From the NCBI GenBank assembly GCA_029257715.1, contig JARIAT010000036.1:10463-74462 (forward strand): DNA of 64,000 nt, in the 5' to 3' direction. Below the pieces are notes generated by a model that was given only the letters and a program-made list of their open reading frames with translations, was not told the origin of the DNA and did no database searches. The position numbers and the translations under genes are program-made. Origin of the DNA: Faecousia sp. Its GTDB lineage: Bacteria > Bacillota > Clostridia > Oscillospirales > Oscillospiraceae. This document shows, in pieces, positions 39,614 to 48,725 of this stretch (position 1 is the first letter of the stretch; each line of letters starts with the position of its first letter).

Positions 39614-40786
39614 ATGAATCATCCTTTTGTCACATTGTGGGAGAAGCCATCAAGACTGGTGGTGGGCCTCATGAGCGGAACATCGGCCGACGGCGTAGAT
39701 GCCGTCCTGACGAAAATCACAGGCTGCGGAACCAAGACCAAAGTAGAGCAGCTGGGCTTTTATTTTGAGCCCTTTGACGCACAGACTCGACAGAAAATCC
39801 TTCAGATCTGCGGCGGCGAAGAGGGGGGCAGCAGGGAACTGTGTCTTCTGGGAACTCATCTGGGCAGGCTCTATGCCCGGGCCGTTCGGGAACTGCTGCG
39901 CCGCACCGGCACGGAGAAAATTGACCTCATCGGAATGCACGGTCAGACGGTTTATCACATTCCCGAGGCAACGCCTTATCTGGGCGACAGCATCCGGGGA
40001 ACGCTTCAGATCGGCGATCCGTCCTATCTTTCCGAGGAATTCGGTTGTCCGGTGGTCAGCGATTTTCGGATTCGGGATATGGCTGCCCAGGGGCTTGGGG
40101 CACCGCTGGTGCCCTATACGGAGTTCCTGCTCTATCGCAGCGAGACGGAAAATGTAGCCCTTCAGAACATCGGCGGAATCGGCAACGTGACGCTTCTGCC
40201 GGCGGGCTGCAAACTGGAAGAGGTCACTGCCTTCGATACCGGCCCGGGCAACATGATTATGGATGCGCTGGTCAGCCGCATCACGGAGGGGAAGAAGTCC
40301 TATGATGACGGCGGCCGGCTGGCGGCCTCCGGCCATGTGATCCCTCAGCTGCTGGATTGGATGCTGGACGACCCCTATCTGCGCAAGGCACCGCCCAAGA
40401 CCACCGGTCGGGAGTATTATGGCGCGCAGTATGTGGAAAAGCTCGTACAATCAGGGGATTATCCTCTGATTGATGTGCTGGCAACGGCAACCTGCTTTAC
40501 CGCGCAGAGCATTGCGTGCAGCCTGCGGCGCTTTGCCGTGAAAATGCCCGACCGGCTGGTTGTCGGCGGCGGCGGAAGCCGCAACCCCACGCTGCTGGGC
40601 TTTTTGCAGGAGGCGCTGCCCGAGACAAAGGTGCAGACGCAGGAGGATCTGGGGCTGGACAGCGATGCCAAGGAGGCGGTTGCTTTTGCGATGCTTGCAA
40701 ACGAGGCGCTGTTTGGCATCTGCAACAATGCACCCTCTGCCACCGGTGCCGCCCACGGTGTTGTGATGGGCCGCATCAGCCTGTAA
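39614..40786 (+). CDS. anmK: anhydro-N-acetylmuramic acid kinase
   Basis: GLMSGTSADGVD, HGQT, DFR, GAPLVP, NIGGIGN, FDTGPGN, KTTGRE and GGGSRN. Confidence 0.93.
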   Translation: MNHPFVTLWEKPSRLVVGLMSGTSADGVDAVLTKITGCGTKTKVEQLGFYFEPFDAQTRQKILQICGGEEGGSRELCLLGTHLGRLYARAVRELLRRTGTEKIDLIGMHGQTVYHIPEATPYLGDSIRGTLQIGDPSYLSEEFGCPVVSDFRIRDMAAQGLGAPLVPYTEFLLYRSETENVALQNIGGIGNVTLLPAGCKLEEVTAFDTGPGNMIMDALVSRITEGKKSYDDGGRLAASGHVIPQLLDWMLDDPYLRKAPPKTTGREYYGAQYVEKLVQSGDYPLIDVLATATCFTAQSIACSLRRFAVKMPDRLVVGGGGSRNPTLLGFLQEALPETKVQTQEDLGLDSDAKEAVAFAMLANEALFGICNNAPSATGAAHGVVMGRISL

Positions 40787-40808
40787 GAGGGCGCAAGATA
40801 GATTGACT

Positions 40809-40841
40809 CCCCGCTGCCTTCCGGCAGCGGGGTTGTTTTTT
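40809..40841. terminator. terminator between convergent anmK and esterase genes
   Basis: CCCCGCTGCC-TTCC-GGCAGCGGGG followed by a T-rich tail. Confidence 0.75.
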
Positions 40842-41574
40842 ATCCAAACAGATAGGCAAAGCAGTCCTGAATGGACTGATCCCAGAACTCCCAGCTGTGG
40901 GTGCCGGGACGGTGATCGAAGCGGTGAACGGCTCCTTTTTCACGAAGCGTCTGAGAAAGGGCACAGTTCATGCCGTAAAGTGCATCCTCTTCACCGCAGG
41001 AGAGATAGATGGGAGGCAGATCGTCGGCTTTTTTCAGCAGTGCGTTCAGATCGCCCTCCGGAGGCACAATGTGGTCAGGACCAAGCAGGGCGGTGATTTC
41101 CCGATCCGGGAATGAAAAATCGGCAAGCGTGAAGAATGCACCCAGATCGGCCACACCCGAAAAGCTGCCGCAGCCGGCATAGCGCAGCGGATGGGTCAGG
41201 GCGCATTTCAGCGCACCGTAGCCGCCCATGGAAAGACCCATGACGAAGTTCTGCTCCCGCCGAGCGGAGAGACCGAAAATCCGCTGCATGGCGTGGGGAA
41301 GCTCCTCGGAAACATAAGTAAAGTAATTGAGGCCGTATACCCCGTCTGTGTAGAAGCTGCGCTGGACTTCCGGGATGACAAGGACAATTCCTCGCTCCCG
41401 GGCATAGCGCTCACAGGCGGAAAACCGCGTCCAGCCGGTGCAATTGTCAGTAAGACCGTGAAACAGATAGACGGTTTTGGCCTCATTCAGCGCACCGGTA
41501 TCCGGCAGGATAACCTGCACACCTGTGGTCATTCCAAGGGCCGCCGAGGGAAATTCCAGATGGAGAAATGCCAT
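40840..41574 (-). CDS. alpha/beta-hydrolase esterase (CE1/tributyrin-esterase-like)
   Basis: LFHG, GLSMGG nucleophile elbow, GEED and GTHSW. Confidence 0.85.
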   Translation of the reverse strand: MAFLHLEFPSAALGMTTGVQVILPDTGALNEAKTVYLFHGLTDNCTGWTRFSACERYARERGIVLVIPEVQRSFYTDGVYGLNYFTYVSEELPHAMQRIFGLSARREQNFVMGLSMGGYGALKCALTHPLRYAGCGSFSGVADLGAFFTLADFSFPDREITALLGPDHIVPPEGDLNALLKKADDLPPIYLSCGEEDALYGMNCALSQTLREKGAVHRFDHRPGTHSWEFWDQSIQDCFAYLFG

Positions 41575-41576
41575 GG

Positions 41577-42473
41577 CTATGCCTCCAGTGCGCGGGATAC
41601 CCGGCCTTCTGCGGCATGGAGCAGGGCCTGTGCACGGTCTGCATCCACGCCCTGAAGTACCATGATGATGGCGGTCTTTGGATGATAGCCGCAGGCTTCC
41701 AATGCCTGAACGGCGGTGGCTTCGTCGCATTCTGTGGCGGCACAGACGATGGTGACGCAGCGGCGGATGAGCTTTTCGTTGGAGGGTTTGACATCCACCA
41801 TGAGATTTCCATAGACCTTTCCCAGCTTAATCATGGTGCCGGTGGAGAGCATATTGAGCACCATCTTCTGGGCGGTGCCGCTCTTCATGCGGGTAGAGCC
41901 GGTGACAACCTCCGGACCGGGTGCGGGGGCGATGCCGATATCGGCAAAGCGATCCAGCACGGAGCCGGGGCAGCAGGTGACGGCAATGGTGGGCGCCCCA
42001 AGGTCACGGGCGTACTCCATGCAGCCCAGCACATAGGGGGTGCGGCCGCTGGCGGCAATGCCAACGAGGACGTCCTGCGGACCGAAGGAAATTCCCTTCA
42101 TATCGCCGATGCCCAGTTCCTTACTGTCCTCAGCGCCTTCCACTGCCTTGAAAATGGCACCGTAGCCACCGGCCATGAGACACTGAACGGTCTCGGGATC
42201 GGTCGAATAGGTGGGCGGACACTCCACGGCATCGAGGATTCCCAGCCGTCCGGAGGTTCCGGCACCGCAGTAGATGAGCCGTCCGCCATTTGCTACATGT
42301 GCGGCGATGACATCAATGGCGGCGGCAACCTGATCGAGGACATTTTCGACAGCCTCGGCTACCCGATGATCCTCACGGTTGATACATTTGACCATCTCCA
42401 GTGTGGAGAGGGTGTCGATATTCATGGTGTTGGGGTTGCGCTGTTCCGTGGCGATCAATTTCAGTTCTTCCAC
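41577..42473 (-). CDS. murQ: N-acetylmuramic acid 6-phosphate etherase
   Basis: TEQRNP, GAGTSGRLGILDAVECPPT, EGAED and GPEVVTGSTRMKSGTAQK. Confidence 0.96.
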   Translation of the reverse strand: MEELKLIATEQRNPNTMNIDTLSTLEMVKCINREDHRVAEAVENVLDQVAAAIDVIAAHVANGGRLIYCGAGTSGRLGILDAVECPPTYSTDPETVQCLMAGGYGAIFKAVEGAEDSKELGIGDMKGISFGPQDVLVGIAASGRTPYVLGCMEYARDLGAPTIAVTCCPGSVLDRFADIGIAPAPGPEVVTGSTRMKSGTAQKMVLNMLSTGTMIKLGKVYGNLMVDVKPSNEKLIRRCVTIVCAATECDEATAVQALEACGYHPKTAIIMVLQGVDADRAQALLHAAEGRVSRALEA

Positions 42474-42474
42474 A

Positions 42475-43182
42475 TTAAAGTTCCTCCATAGTAGACACGA
42501 TTTTGTACTGTTCCGGCGGGATCATGAAGCATTCGCAGTAGCCTTTGCGGCCTTCGATCCCTCGGAGCCGTTTCAGATGGGAGTAGTATTCTTTATAGGC
42601 AAAGCTGTCGGAATGAATGGCAAACCAGTGGTGATCGATGGCTTTTTCCCACAGGGGGTATCCATCTGTTACGTCAAGATAGACATAGGGCTTGAAGTCA
42701 GGGGCATCCTCCCAGTTTTCCGCAAAATAGAGGTGCGGCGCAAAGTGACGGGGAAGCTCCCGCTGAAAGCCCTCAATGGCGGCATAGAACCAGGCATCCA
42801 GCACGATGCGGTGACAGGCAGCGTGATCCTTGTGCATACTGTTTCTGTGGTGGGTGACAAGGATATCGGGCTTTACTTTTCGTATGATGTCGCAGACGGC
42901 AAAGCGAACCTCGTCATTGTCGGGAAGCAGACCGTCGGTGTAGTCAAGGACATAGGCTTCCCCTCCCAGTTCTGCGGCAAAGGCCTCTGCCTGGGCAATC
43001 TTCTCCCGCCGGTATGCAGCGACATCAGCGCCTGCAGGGGCACCCTTTTCGCCGGCGGTGAGGGCCAGCGTAACAGCCTTTCCACCGTGGACAGCACAGG
43101 TGGCGAGCAAAGCGCCTGCGGTCAGTTCTGCATCGCCCACATGGGCGCCAATGGCAAGAACGGTGTGTTGATTCTGTTCCAT
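42475..43182 (-). CDS. PIG-L/LmbE-family zinc deacetylase
   Basis: AIGAHVGDAE (variant of HxDD), TAGEKG, R..KPDILVTH and HKDH. Confidence 0.82.
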   Translation of the reverse strand: MEQNQHTVLAIGAHVGDAELTAGALLATCAVHGGKAVTLALTAGEKGAPAGADVAAYRREKIAQAEAFAAELGGEAYVLDYTDGLLPDNDEVRFAVCDIIRKVKPDILVTHHRNSMHKDHAACHRIVLDAWFYAAIEGFQRELPRHFAPHLYFAENWEDAPDFKPYVYLDVTDGYPLWEKAIDHHWFAIHSDSFAYKEYYSHLKRLRGIEGRKGYCECFMIPPEQYKIVSTMEEL

Positions 43183-43183
43183 A

Positions 43184-44149
43184 TCAAAGCTCCTTGATGA
43201 GAACCCCGAAGGTTCTGGCGATTTGAAATCCGGCCTCCAGATAAATTCTGCGGGCAGGGTTGGTTTCTCCTGTAAAAAGGGACATATAACGGGCACCGGC
43301 TTCCTTTTCCTGTTGGCACAGAGTATAAAAGAGAAGCTTTCCAAGGCCGTGGTGCTCGTAGCGGGGGGAGACACCGATACCGGCGAAGTATCCCCGTCCG
43401 GTGGATTCCGGATAGATCGGGCCTGTAAAACCGGCAACGGTATCACCGCAGAGTCCTACGAGCAGTGCGGTTGCGTCGGCGGCTGCTGCGGTGATCTCTC
43501 TGGTCCAGAGAGGATTTTGAAGATCACAGAGCATTTGATCCAGTCCCTGATGCTTGTCGGGGTCATAAAAGGCAACCGTGTACCCCTCAAGTGCCATTTG
43601 TTCGGCTTTGCGCCGGATTGCCGGAGGAATGGTGAAGGAAGCAAGCTCCAGATGCATGGCCTGCTCCCGTGTGGTTTCCTGATAGCCAAGCGAAAGCATC
43701 CTTCCATGCAGCGGCAGATCCACCGCAACGCCGGGGGCGTTGTTATGCTGATGGCCGTCGGTGCCGGGAATGATCCAGGGCAGACGGATGGGATTGAAAA
43801 AGGTCACAGCGCTGAAGCTTTTTCCGGCACGGCGGAAGGCATCTTCCAGCGCCAGCAGGAGTGCGGCGGTATTTTCATCGGTGTCGGCCTGCTCGGTTAG
43901 GATGAGGCAGCTGACATAGCCTCGGACATCTCCCTTGGGGATGTGCTCCCCGGTGCATCCGTTGATGAACCCGAGAATCTGTCCCTGCTCCTCCAATAAG
44001 AAGGTGAACGCCGGAGAGAAGTCCGGATGGCCCGTCAGGAGCGTGTGAAACTGTGTTTCTTCCAGTGGGGCATAGCCAAGGTTACCGGCACGTTCCTGCC
44101 AAAGCCGGAAAAGCGCCGGACGGTCTGAATCACGATAATTGCGTATCAT
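43184..44149 (-). CDS. tandem GNAT N-acetyltransferase (GlmA-like)
   Basis: 321 aa with two GNAT-sized halves; C-terminal motif A GIGVSPRYEHHGLGKLL and NPARRIYLEAGF. Confidence 0.78.
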   Translation of the reverse strand: MIRNYRDSDRPALFRLWQERAGNLGYAPLEETQFHTLLTGHPDFSPAFTFLLEEQGQILGFINGCTGEHIPKGDVRGYVSCLILTEQADTDENTAALLLALEDAFRRAGKSFSAVTFFNPIRLPWIIPGTDGHQHNNAPGVAVDLPLHGRMLSLGYQETTREQAMHLELASFTIPPAIRRKAEQMALEGYTVAFYDPDKHQGLDQMLCDLQNPLWTREITAAAADATALLVGLCGDTVAGFTGPIYPESTGRGYFAGIGVSPRYEHHGLGKLLFYTLCQQEKEAGARYMSLFTGETNPARRIYLEAGFQIARTFGVLIKEL

Positions 44150-44184
44150 AGCAAAACTCCAATCAGCGGCAAATTGCCGGGAAA

Positions 44185-45054
44185 TTATCCCTTGACGGCG
44201 CCGATGGTCACGCCTTCCATGAAGTACTTCTGCAGAGCGAAGAACATGATGAACATGGGCAGGGCGGAGATGGTGGCACCTGCCATCATGGGCGCAAAGA
44301 GGGTTTCGTTAGCGAATTTGAACTGTTTCAGACCGACCTGAATGGTATACATGGCAGGGTCGGAGGTGACGAGGAAGGGCCAGAAGAAGTTATTCCAAGA
44401 GGACATGAAAGTATTGATCGCCATGACAGCCAGAACGGTTTTACCCAGAGGCAGAATGATCTTGATAAAAATCTGGAACTGATTGCAGCCTTCCATCTTG
44501 GCACTTTCGATCAGTGGTGTGGGCAGACCGGTGAAGAACTGCTTGCACAGGAAGATGTTGTAGGCGGTGCAGAGACCGGGGACGATCATGGCGGAGAAGG
44601 TATTGGTCATTTTGAATTCCTTAACGATCAGAATGTACAGGGGAACCTGAGTGACCTGATAGGGAATCATCATTGCGACAAGGATCAGACCAAAGAGGAA
44701 TTTACTGCCCTTAAATTTGATTTTTGCGAAGGCGTAGCCGGCCATGGAAGCAAAGATGACGTTTCCAATGACGGTAAAGCCTGCAACGATGATGCTGTTC
44801 CAGATCCAACGCACAGAGTACTCGCTGAAGCCGAAGAAGGCATCGAAGGATTCAAGAGTCAGACGGGAGGGAAAGATGGAGCGCATGTTGCCTGCGGTTG
44901 CCACGTTGGGGCCGAAGGCAGACATAATCATGTAGACAATGGGGAACAGGGTTGCGACGGCCAATACCACGAGAATGATCGTGATGACGGTATTTCGCAG
45001 ATAGAGCACAGCTTTGTTATTGATGTGCTGGGAATAAAGTCCGGTAGAAGCCAT
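44185..45054 (-). CDS. carbohydrate ABC transporter permease (MalG-like)
   Basis: GYAFAK, EAA-like loop ESAKMEG, WNNFFWP and QKYFMEG. Confidence 0.92.
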   Translation of the reverse strand: MASTGLYSQHINNKAVLYLRNTVITIILVVLAVATLFPIVYMIMSAFGPNVATAGNMRSIFPSRLTLESFDAFFGFSEYSVRWIWNSIIVAGFTVIGNVIFASMAGYAFAKIKFKGSKFLFGLILVAMMIPYQVTQVPLYILIVKEFKMTNTFSAMIVPGLCTAYNIFLCKQFFTGLPTPLIESAKMEGCNQFQIFIKIILPLGKTVLAVMAINTFMSSWNNFFWPFLVTSDPAMYTIQVGLKQFKFANETLFAPMMAGATISALPMFIMFFALQKYFMEGVTIGAVKG

Positions 45055-45066
45055 GGGGATTCCTCC

Positions 45067-45987
45067 TTAATATTCGACATCCACGCCCATCAGCTTGAAC
45101 TGGAACAGCGAGACGATGGCAATGACAATGGCCAACAGGATTGCCTGAGCACAGGCAAGGCCGTATTTTGCGTAGACAAAAGCGTTGTTGTAGATCAGCA
45201 GACCGATCATGGTGGTGGAGTTGTCGGGGCCGCCGCCGGTCATCATAAAGGCGTTCATGAACACCTGGAATGAACCGATGACGCCGGTGACAAGCAGAAA
45301 CAGCGTGGTGGGTTTGACGAGGGGCCACACGATGAGGCGAATCTTCTGCAGGAAGGTGGCACCGTCAAGCTCGGCGGCCTCAAAGTAGCTGTTATCAATG
45401 CCGTGCAGGGCGGCGATATAGGTGATGATGCTGGTTCCGTGACTGGACAGCAGGGCCATGATAATCAGAGACAGCATGGAGGTCTTGGTGGAAGAGAGCC
45501 AGTTCTGGGCAGGAATATGAAACAGTGCCAGCAGCTGATTGAAAAGACCGTCGGGGGAGGAGTCGTAGATCCACAGCCACACGACGGACAGCGCGACACC
45601 GGATGCAACGCCGGGTAGGTAATACATGGCCTTGAAGACGGACTGGGTCCGCTTCTTGAAAGGCAGAATCATGACGGCCACGCTGAAAGAGATCAGCAGA
45701 GACAAGGGCACGACGATGACGGTGTAGAAAAGGGTATTCCACGCAGCCTTGTAGAACAGGTTGCGCTTGCTGTATTTCAGCGTCTCCACATAATTTTGCA
45801 GACCGACATATTCTGAGCCGAAGGGTTTGTAGTCAAAGAAGCTGGTGTAGACAGCATTGATGACGGGATAAAGGGTAAATACGGCGAAAATAATCATTGC
45901 TGCGGCGATAAACACATAGCCCCAGCGATCTTCGTCGTTGAAAAATTTTCTGCGGGGTTTGAGCCGCAGATCTTGGGTTTTATTCAT
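45067..45987 (-). CDS. carbohydrate ABC transporter permease (MalF-like)
   Basis: GLQNY, EAAELDGA, FQVF and MTGGGP. Confidence 0.92.
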   Translation of the reverse strand: MNKTQDLRLKPRRKFFNDEDRWGYVFIAAAMIIFAVFTLYPVINAVYTSFFDYKPFGSEYVGLQNYVETLKYSKRNLFYKAAWNTLFYTVIVVPLSLLISFSVAVMILPFKKRTQSVFKAMYYLPGVASGVALSVVWLWIYDSSPDGLFNQLLALFHIPAQNWLSSTKTSMLSLIIMALLSSHGTSIITYIAALHGIDNSYFEAAELDGATFLQKIRLIVWPLVKPTTLFLLVTGVIGSFQVFMNAFMMTGGGPDNSTTMIGLLIYNNAFVYAKYGLACAQAILLAIVIAIVSLFQFKLMGVDVEY

Positions 45988-46015
45988 GTTTTGGGCCCTC
46001 CAGGGTAATAAATTC

Positions 46016-46039
46016 CCCACCCCACCAAAGTGGGGTGGG
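46016..46039 (-). other. intercistronic stem-loop after the solute-binding protein gene
   Basis: CCCACCCCAC-CAAA-GTGGGGTGGG; this position is typical of hairpins that stabilise SBP mRNA. Confidence 0.6.
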
Positions 46040-46052
46040 TGTAAAAGATTCG

Positions 46053-47471
46053 TTAGGCGAGTTTGCCGGAAACGCAGTTTTCCTCACCGAATGTGTCAAA
46101 TGCAGCATCACAGATGGATTTGTAGACTTCTTCAGCAGAGGCTTCACCGGCCAGCAGCAGCTGGAACTTGGGGACGATGACTTCATCCATCAGGCTCTTG
46201 GCGTTGGCGGTCATCTCAGCGGTGACACCTGCGGGGGGAGCCTTGACCATGTCAATGCAGCGGGATGCGCAGGCGAGGTTTGCGGGATCACGGCTTTCGT
46301 CAAGCACCAGTGCGTCGCGTCCGCTCTGGCAGACGGGGCTGAGATAAAGCTCGTTCATGCAGGAGGCAATCCGATCACCGGAGCAGATGTAGTCCATGAA
46401 CAGCGCAACGTTCTTGAGATGCTCTTCAGTGGTGTTGTTGTTGCGCATGGCGATCAGACCGTCAACGGTGCCATAGCAGGATTCCTGGCAGCCGCCGATG
46501 GTGGGGACGGGCAGGAATGCGTAATCCATCTTCAGGGAATTTTCAACAGCGGAGCCGTCGTTGGCCTCCAGTGCTGCGTTGTTCTTGAGGAAGTTGCCCT
46601 CAAACAGAGGCATAGCCTTGCCGAAAATCATGGCGTTGCCGGTCTGGCACATGACCAGACGCTGGCCGGCTTCTACGCCGTAGTTGGGCATATAGCCGGA
46701 CTGGGTCATTTCCTCAACGGCCTTCAGCAGGGTCAGCAGATTTTCGGAAGTGAAGGTGTACTTAAGATCCTCGGTAAAGTTGTTGCTCAGACCTGCGCCG
46801 GAGCCGAAGATGTTGATAAAGTCCGAGGCGGTGACACCGGCATTTGCAAAGACAAAACCGAAGACGTTATCTTTGGTGCCGGCCTTGATGATGTCCAGGA
46901 ACTGCTCGTAGGTCCAGCCCTCCGTCTGAATCTTCTCAACGTCAGCGCCGACGGATTCCAGCATATCCTTGTTGGCACCGATGGACTGAATGGTGAGGTA
47001 GAGAGGCAGACCATAAACGGTGCCTTCGACGGTCATATAATTGAGGGCGTTGGTGTCGTAGTCTGCCAGACGCTCACTGCTGAGGTAGGGCTTGATATCA
47101 ACGGCGACACCCATCTCGACGAAAGTGCCGATGGTGGCGGAAGAAATCTCGGCAATGTCGGGGGCTTCACCGGCCTGAGCCATGGTGGCGAGTTTGCCGT
47201 TGTGATCGCCCCAGGAGGTCTCGATGACCTCAACGGTCAGGTGGGGGTACATTTCGTGGAAGTCCTTGGCCCAGACCTTCAGATTTTCCAGATATCCGCC
47301 GGTGACGGGGGGAGCCATAATGACGATCTTGTCGTCCTTGGGAGCTTGCGTTTCACCGCCGGTCTGATTCGCGGCGGGAGCCGTTGTCTCAGAAGCGTCA
47401 CCGTTGCCGCATGCGGTGAACATACAGCCGACCATTGCCACGCAAAGCAGCAGTGCAATCAACTTTTTCAT
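46053..47471 (-). CDS. ABC sugar-binding lipoprotein
   Basis: Lipoprotein signal MKKLIALLLCVAMVGCMFTAC; AGEAPDI, YGLP and WTYEQF. Confidence 0.9.
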   Translation of the reverse strand: MKKLIALLLCVAMVGCMFTACGNGDASETTAPAANQTGGETQAPKDDKIVIMAPPVTGGYLENLKVWAKDFHEMYPHLTVEVIETSWGDHNGKLATMAQAGEAPDIAEISSATIGTFVEMGVAVDIKPYLSSERLADYDTNALNYMTVEGTVYGLPLYLTIQSIGANKDMLESVGADVEKIQTEGWTYEQFLDIIKAGTKDNVFGFVFANAGVTASDFINIFGSGAGLSNNFTEDLKYTFTSENLLTLLKAVEEMTQSGYMPNYGVEAGQRLVMCQTGNAMIFGKAMPLFEGNFLKNNAALEANDGSAVENSLKMDYAFLPVPTIGGCQESCYGTVDGLIAMRNNNTTEEHLKNVALFMDYICSGDRIASCMNELYLSPVCQSGRDALVLDESRDPANLACASRCIDMVKAPPAGVTAEMTANAKSLMDEVIVPKFQLLLAGEASAEEVYKSICDAAFDTFGEENCVSGKLA

Positions 47472-47571
47472 TACTATTCCTCCATAATCAATGATAGTGT
47501 ACTTGTTCGGGCAAAGCCGAAACAGCCGATGAGGGTGCAGACGCCGATTGTACGGCCTGCGGAATGCCTAT

Positions 47572-47631
47572 ATCATAGAGGGAAAAGTATTTTGTGTCAA
47601 TGAAATTAAGAAATCAAGAAATAAAGTTTCA
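47572..47631 (-). promoter_or_regulatory. sigma-A promoter for the ABC-murQ operon plus a candidate RpiR/MurR site
   Basis: Minus-strand TTGACA (47600-47595)-17 nt-TATGAT (47577-47572); GAAA-N5-TTTC palindrome at 47618-47630. Confidence 0.6.
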
Positions 47632-47815
47632 CACTTTTGGAGGAATTCTATGATTTTGTGCGGAATGGATGAAACTTTCCGATAAAAAAGATTTGAAAAA
47701 GTTCGTTTTGCACAAAAAACGCAACAGAAATTTGTCAAAATAGCGAATGGTCTGGCGGCACAAAAGAAGATAAAATGGGCACGGTCCGGGAAACCCGGAA
47801 AAAGGAGGGAGAAAG

Positions 47816-48691
47816 ATGGTCAGTGCGCTGCTGCGGCTGCGGGAGGCATCCCATGCGTTTAGTACAACCGAGCAGGGGCTTGCCCAGCAGATTCTGGAGC
47901 GTCCGGAGCTGGTAGAGCAGTTGAGTATCCATGAGCTGGCCCGGAAGATGTTTGTGTCGCCGTCAACAATTGTAAGAATGTGCAATCATGCGGGATTTTC
48001 AGGATATAAGGATTTTCGCCGGGCAGTGACCAACGAGCTGCTGCTGCGGGAGAAGAACCGCCATATGGAACAGAAGGAGTTGGAGCGATCGGACAGCCTC
48101 GAGGAGATTGTTCAGAAGATTACCTACAAGAACATCCTCTCTCTGGAGCAGACCCAGAGTCTTCTGGATATTGATGTGCTGCGTCAGTGTGTGCGGATGC
48201 TCCAAAATGCACGGTATATCTATCTGTTCGGCATGGGGGCGTCACTGTGTGCCGCCAAGGATGCGTACTTGAAGTTTCTGCGGCTTAATAAGCCCTGCTT
48301 TGTCAATGAAGACTGGCATTCTCAGCTGCTGACGGCCCGAAATGCGTCGCAGCAGGATTTGGGCATCGTGTTTTCCTATTCGGGGCAGACGGTGGAGGTT
48401 ATCGAGTGCATGAAGGCTCTGAAGGAAAATAAAACCCCTGTCATTGCCATCACCCGCTGTGTCCATTCTCCGGTATCGTCCATGGCGGACCAGAATCTCT
48501 ATACCACCGCCAATGAGTCGATCTTCCGCAGCGGAGCCATGTCTTCCCGAATTTCCCAGCTGAATATTATCGACATTCTCTGCACGGCGCTGGCCAATGA
48601 GGAATACGAAGAGTCCCTCGATCAGCTGTCGAAAACACATATTCGCAAACCCGGCGATGAATTCAGCCGGGAATCCGGCGAATCGTCCTGA
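47816..48691 (+). CDS. MurR/RpiR-family transcriptional regulator
   Basis: N-terminal HTH (SIHELA..VSPSTIVRMC..GFSGY), SIS domain FGMGAS, SYSGQT and SSRISQL. Confidence 0.92.
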   Translation: MVSALLRLREASHAFSTTEQGLAQQILERPELVEQLSIHELARKMFVSPSTIVRMCNHAGFSGYKDFRRAVTNELLLREKNRHMEQKELERSDSLEEIVQKITYKNILSLEQTQSLLDIDVLRQCVRMLQNARYIYLFGMGASLCAAKDAYLKFLRLNKPCFVNEDWHSQLLTARNASQQDLGIVFSYSGQTVEVIECMKALKENKTPVIAITRCVHSPVSSMADQNLYTTANESIFRSGAMSSRISQLNIIDILCTALANEEYEESLDQLSKTHIRKPGDEFSRESGESS

Positions 48692-48725
48692 AGAGGACGC
48701 AATGCAATTTAAGAAAGGTGTTTGT

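Noticed and set aside
46035-47603. 522-aa ORF antisense to the sugar-binding lipoprotein
   Set aside because: Shadow ORF of a strongly codon-biased gene.
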